Shown one piece after another: positions 35,851 to 39,640 of a DNA stretch of 39,640 nt; position 1 is the stretch's first letter, and each line of letters starts with the position of its first letter. Origin of the DNA: a virus (lineage: Duplodnaviria; Caudoviricetes); IMG/VR virus record IMGVR_UViG_3300017589_000114, positions 1-39,640 of that record. One strand, given 5' to 3'. The notes below the pieces were generated by a model, which was given only the letters and a program-made list of their open reading frames with translations, searched no databases and was not told where the DNA came from. Both the position numbers and the translations under genes were made by a program.

Positions 35851-38358
35851 ATGAGAGATATATTATTTCCTTTTCAGGAAACAGCCCTTGACGAACTACA
35901 TGATAAAATCAAAAAGGCACATTTAATGTGGACTGAACGAGATCCACAGATAATTTCCTTTTCTTCACCTACTGGTTCAGGAAAAACAATCATTATGACA
36001 ACACTTTTTGAGGATATATTATATGGTAGTGAAGACAGCATTGGAGAACCTGATTCTATTTTCATTTGGCTATCTGATTCACCGGAGCTTAATGAGCAAA
36101 CTAGACTAAAGATTGAAAGCAAGTCCGATAAAATACGTGTTCGCGATCTATTAACAATTGATTCGAATTTCAATTCTGAGTTTTTTGAGGGTGGTTGTAT
36201 TTACTTTTTGAACACTCAAAAACTTGGATCAGATAAACTACTAACAAGTAATTCTGATAAGCGTCAGTATTCTATTTGGGAAACACTCACTAATACTGCT
36301 AAACGAAGCCCAAAACAGTTTTATGTGGTGATCGATGAGGCACATAGAGGTACATATACATCCGTTCAAGCAGAAAACAAAGCTCAGTCAATTATGCAAA
36401 AATTTATTAAAGGCAGCAAAGATGATGGACTTTGCATCATGCCTCTAATTATTGGTGTTACTGCAACACCGCAAAGATTTGATAACTTGATAGCCGGAAC
36501 GACATCAACGATTCAGAAAATCTTCGTTCCCCCTGAGCAAGTGCGTGAGTCCGGTCTTCTAAAAGATAGAATCATCATTCACTTTCCAGATATTCAATTA
36601 AGTGCGGACATGACCATGTTTAAAGGTGCGGTAGATAATTGGCGTAAAAAATGCGATCACTGGAAGACATACTGTGAACGCGAAGACGAGAAAATGGTAA
36701 ATCCTATACTTGTTATCCAGGTTGAAGACGGGAATGATCGTGTCGTGACCCAAACTGATTTAGGAGTTTGTATTGATTTATTAGAAGAAACGTTGGGACG
36801 CAAATTACAGCCGAAAGAAGTTGTACATACTTTCAATGACCACAGTACTATTAAAATGCGTGACGTTGAAATTCATAAAATTGAAGCCTCACGAATAAAT
36901 GAGGATGAAGATGTGAAGGTTGTATTCTTTAAAATGAATTTATCGACGGGGTGGGATTGCCCAAGAGCAGAAACGATGATGTCATTTCGCAGTGCGCAAG
37001 ATTATACTTATATTGCTCAGCTATTGGGACGTATGATTCGTACACCTTTAGCAAGACGTATTTCCTCCGATGCTGAGCTTAATAGTGTCAGCTTGTTTCT
37101 ACCATACTTTGATGAAGAAACAGTGAAGAATGTTGTCAATGCTCTACGTGATAGTGAAGCAGTTATGCCTACTGAAACAGGAACTAACAAAGAGCTTGTT
37201 ACACTAGGAAGAAATTTAGAATATTCTGATGTTTTTGATGCGATGAATAATCTAATCACGTATCAGATAGATTCATCTCGTAAGAAAGCTCCTCTTAAGC
37301 TGTTAATGCAAATTTCTCGTGCATTGACCATGGATGGTATTGACTTGAAAGCCCAGAAAGTTGTCAAAAATACAATTTTGTCAAAAATGGATGAGGAAAT
37401 TCTACGAATAAAAGAAAGCGGATACTTTGATAGTCGAGCAGCAACAATTACCGGATTTGCTCTTGGAACGCTGATATTTGAATATGGAGACAATGCCTAT
37501 TCCTTTGACGATACATCACAAACTATGACAGTATCTGAATTTGATATCTCCAGACATTTTGAACAAGCCGGAAAATTATTGGGAGAGGGACTGCACAGAG
37601 AATATTGGATTAAGCACAGTACCCGTGAACATATAGATATAAAGAAAGAAATCATAGTTCTTACTAGTGACACAGATGCAATGGAGAGAATAAATGCCTA
37701 TGCTGAAGAAGAATTCATTGCACTCTATGAGAAAAACAAGCGATCTATTGCTAAATTAAATGAAGCACGAAAGAATGTCTATGAAAGATTAATTAATTCC
37801 TCAACACAACCGATAGCCGTACCATGGATTTTACCAAATTCAATCGACTTTTCCGTGACAGATGATAGCATAAAATTCGAACAACACCTTTATTGTTCTG
37901 AAGATGGGGAATTTCAAGCATCATTAAATTCATGGGAATGTGGCATTATTGCAGAAGAACTTAATAACGGTGCTGTCTGTTGGCTCCGCAATGTTGATCG
38001 TAAAAAGTGGTCACTTGAAATCCCGTATGAGATAAGTGGTTTCACAACTCCTATGTTTCCTGATTTAATAGTTGTGAAATCTGATGCACAAGGATATATT
38101 TTTGATATTCTAGAGCCACATGATTCCAGCCGAAAAGACAATTACCCTAAAGCAGTAGGTTTAGCAAAGTTTGCAGAGAAGCATTGGGATAAATTTGGCA
38201 GGATACAACTAATCCGGCTAAAAAAAGGAGTAGATGGGCGCGAACATTTCTATCGACTAGATATGGGAAGAACAGCAATCAGGAATAAGGTTCGTGGCAT
38301 TACATCAAATGAGGAGCTTGATAGAATTTTCGATGCAGATGCTGTGCGAGAAGACTAA
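35851..38358 (+). CDS. res: Type III restriction-like helicase-nuclease (Res)
   Basis: SPTGSGKT, IDEAH, TATP, GWDCPRA, QLLGRMIR; C-terminal FPDLIVV...ILEPH nuclease motif. Confidence 0.88.
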   Translation: MRDILFPFQETALDELHDKIKKAHLMWTERDPQIISFSSPTGSGKTIIMTTLFEDILYGSEDSIGEPDSIFIWLSDSPELNEQTRLKIESKSDKIRVRDLLTIDSNFNSEFFEGGCIYFLNTQKLGSDKLLTSNSDKRQYSIWETLTNTAKRSPKQFYVVIDEAHRGTYTSVQAENKAQSIMQKFIKGSKDDGLCIMPLIIGVTATPQRFDNLIAGTTSTIQKIFVPPEQVRESGLLKDRIIIHFPDIQLSADMTMFKGAVDNWRKKCDHWKTYCEREDEKMVNPILVIQVEDGNDRVVTQTDLGVCIDLLEETLGRKLQPKEVVHTFNDHSTIKMRDVEIHKIEASRINEDEDVKVVFFKMNLSTGWDCPRAETMMSFRSAQDYTYIAQLLGRMIRTPLARRISSDAELNSVSLFLPYFDEETVKNVVNALRDSEAVMPTETGTNKELVTLGRNLEYSDVFDAMNNLITYQIDSSRKKAPLKLLMQISRALTMDGIDLKAQKVVKNTILSKMDEEILRIKESGYFDSRAATITGFALGTLIFEYGDNAYSFDDTSQTMTVSEFDISRHFEQAGKLLGEGLHREYWIKHSTREHIDIKKEIIVLTSDTDAMERINAYAEEEFIALYEKNKRSIAKLNEARKNVYERLINSSTQPIAVPWILPNSIDFSVTDDSIKFEQHLYCSEDGEFQASLNSWECGIIAEELNNGAVCWLRNVDRKKWSLEIPYEISGFTTPMFPDLIVVKSDAQGYIFDILEPHDSSRKDNYPKAVGLAKFAEKHWDKFGRIQLIRLKKGVDGREHFYRLDMGRTAIRNKVRGITSNEELDRIFDADAVRED

Positions 38359-38365
38359 ATTATAC

Positions 38366-38562
38366 ATCTATCCTGTCTTCTCAACCCTTGAAATAAATCT
38401 ATCCTGTCAACTCAACCCTATACAGTTGATATGTTCCCTATAACAATAAAAATAAGGGTCTCCAAACATTGACACCATTGGCAAAGAGCCAAAATGAAAA
38501 TGCAATGTCTGGAAACCCTTTACTTGTGGGCATTTTAAGCCCTGCTATTTCTCAACCCTTGA
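38366..38562. repeat. Prophage-end repeats
   Basis: ATCTATCCTGTC-NN-CTCAACCCT tandem copies at 38366 and 38397 (31-bp period); TTCTCAACCCTTGA identical at 38378-38391 and 38549-38562. Confidence 0.8.
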
Positions 38563-38610
38563 CATCAAGACAACACACTCCACATGCGGTGTAAGTGGGA
38601 ACATATCAAA
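38545..38610 (-). pseudogene. rlmD: Orphan 3' fragment of 23S rRNA m5U methyltransferase; probable att site marking the right prophage end
   Basis: Translates FDMFPLTPHVECVVLMSRVEK-stop (DMFPxTxHVE motif); an in-frame stop occurs about 10 codons upstream. Confidence 0.8.
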
Positions 38611-38912
38611 TGAATTATTAAATAAGTTAGTAATAAGTTAATTTTATAAAGCAATGGATTTTTCGAGGGCTACAACCATTGAATAAGTTAAGTACCTTAT
38701 ACCGATGCCTTAGGCGTTAATTATTTCTCAATAATTACAATAACTAAATAACTCAGTTTCCTGTTACCGTCAGCTGTTAATAACTCAAGTTTAATTAAGG
38801 GTATTGGAATGTCAGCAATTTTGCTATAATACGAACAATGTTATATATATCTAGGATTTATATAAACTAGGGCGGTCGATACACTATTTAAAGTGCCGAC
38901 TTCGCCCTATCT

Positions 38913-39365
38913 TCACCTTATAGCCTCAATATCTTCATTAAAATTATAATTTAAATTAATAGATTCCAACATTCTAGCTAAACCAATTTCATTAGTTTCT
39001 TTAATTGATAATTTAACAAAATCATTAAAATCAATAGGTATTACATCAATGTCATTAGGTATCTTCACTTTTAACAAACAATACTCTTCACTCCATAAGT
39101 TAAAAGCCTCAGAAACGCTTGGGTTATCTATCAAATAATTATATATTTCTTTAACATCTCGTATTTCACTACCATTTAATTTACCAAAACCAAATAGTAT
39201 CCCCTCAAAATTTTCTGAATTTCTTAAATTATAAGCCTCTAATAATAATGGATATACAATTTTCATATCACCATATTTATTATTACATAGTTTAAAATTA
39301 GGATAATATTTCCCATCCTGTATAATTATCTTCAAAAGAAAATCGGTGTGGTAATTTAAGTTCAT
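38913..39365 (-). CDS. Hypothetical protein, possibly 3'-truncated; true start probably downstream (MKIVYP...)
   Basis: AT-rich ORF overlapping the dehydrogenase 3' end; its stop abuts a hairpin at 38868-38909. Confidence 0.45.
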   Translation of the reverse strand: MNLNYHTDFLLKIIIQDGKYYPNFKLCNNKYGDMKIVYPLLLEAYNLRNSENFEGILFGFGKLNGSEIRDVKEIYNYLIDNPSVSEAFNLWSEEYCLLKVKIPNDIDVIPIDFNDFVKLSIKETNEIGLARMLESINLNYNFNEDIEAIR

Positions 39366-39640
39366 CTCTAACAGCTATCAACTCTTTTTGGACAGCATCT
39401 CCTACAGGGACCCCTTTGTCCTTACGTTCTAACCATGTATGATATTCCTTCTCACCTGCAGTGTAAATACGTTCTTTACCCGGTGCTAATTTAGAAGCAC
39501 GAAGCTCCCTCAAAATATTACCAGCGATCTTTTTAAAACTATCTATTCCCATAAATGCTTCCGTATCTATAGCAATAAAGAAATGTCCCAAATGATATGG
39601 AACTTTCTCTCCCTGTTCTCCAATTCCAGTCAGCATTTTT
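39298..39640 (-). CDS. Ldh_2 family (malate/L-lactate dehydrogenase-like) oxidoreductase, C-terminal part; host gene running off the window
   Basis: GHFFIAID..AF, RIYTAGEKE and GVPV motifs. Confidence 0.8.
   Translation of the reverse strand, partial: KMLTGIGEQGEKVPYHLGHFFIAIDTEAFMGIDSFKKIAGNILRELRASKLAPGKERIYTAGEKEYHTWLERKDKGVPVGDAVQKELIAVRDELKLPHRFSFEDNYTGWEILS

Larger units (their letters stand above)
100..38580. mobile_element. Prophage (siphovirus, HK97-type head, cos packaging); left part continues beyond the window or is interrupted
   Basis: Colinear replication, packaging, head and tail modules bounded on the right by the rlmD-type att. Confidence 0.92.

Noticed and set aside
147-38141. 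Many short ORFs antisense to long genes (e.g. 3728..4111, 5912..6271, 26172..26624, 34427..34801, 35358..35714)
   Set aside because: They are shadows of well-supported genes on the other strand, with no RBS or recognisable motifs
38366-38422. Tandem 31-bp-period repeat as a mini CRISPR array
   Set aside because: Only two copies with about 8 nt between conserved parts; better explained as element-end binding sites
38868-38916. Hairpin as a group II intron 3' end
   Set aside because: No domain V catalytic hairpin or reverse transcriptase is seen upstream
1-39640. tRNA, rRNA, integrase, reverse transcriptase/DGR and lysis genes
   Set aside because: None recognised by eye in the window; tRNAscan-SE and Infernal runs would be needed to exclude small RNAs

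Overview
About 38.5 kb of this AT-rich window, probably from a Clostridia-like host, is one arm of a siphovirus-type prophage. Its gene order resembles the rlmD/rumA-integrating phi-m46.1-like family. The minus strand, read right to left, carries: a phage sigma-like regulator; a replication module (DUF2800 nuclease, DUF2815 SSB, family A DNA polymerase, antirepressor, P4-type primase, VRR-NUC, and an SNF2 helicase interrupted in Walker A); an ArpU/RinA-like late activator; HNH, a putative cos and TerS; a MetK plus three-methyltransferase block; then TerL, portal, Clp protease, capsid, head-tail and tail genes. These end at a -1 frameshifted tail chaperone, followed by accessory genes and an IS3-like end at the window edge. 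The plus strand carries a divergent operon: HTH, an ABC-three-component (Lamassu-like) trio whose effector has an apparently inactivated HNH domain, and a Type III-like Mod/Res pair. The operon ends at an att-like region holding an orphan rlmD 3' fragment. The best leads are the Lamassu-like trio in the repressor position opposite a multiply attenuated sigma gene, a multi-TRD C5 methyltransferase with a nested out-of-frame ORF, a Spo0E-like moron beside cos, an RHH-membrane moron, and the 4-nt stop-containing insert in the helicase P-loop. No integrase, tape measure or lysis genes lie inside the window. All family assignments come from motif recognition by eye, not database searches.
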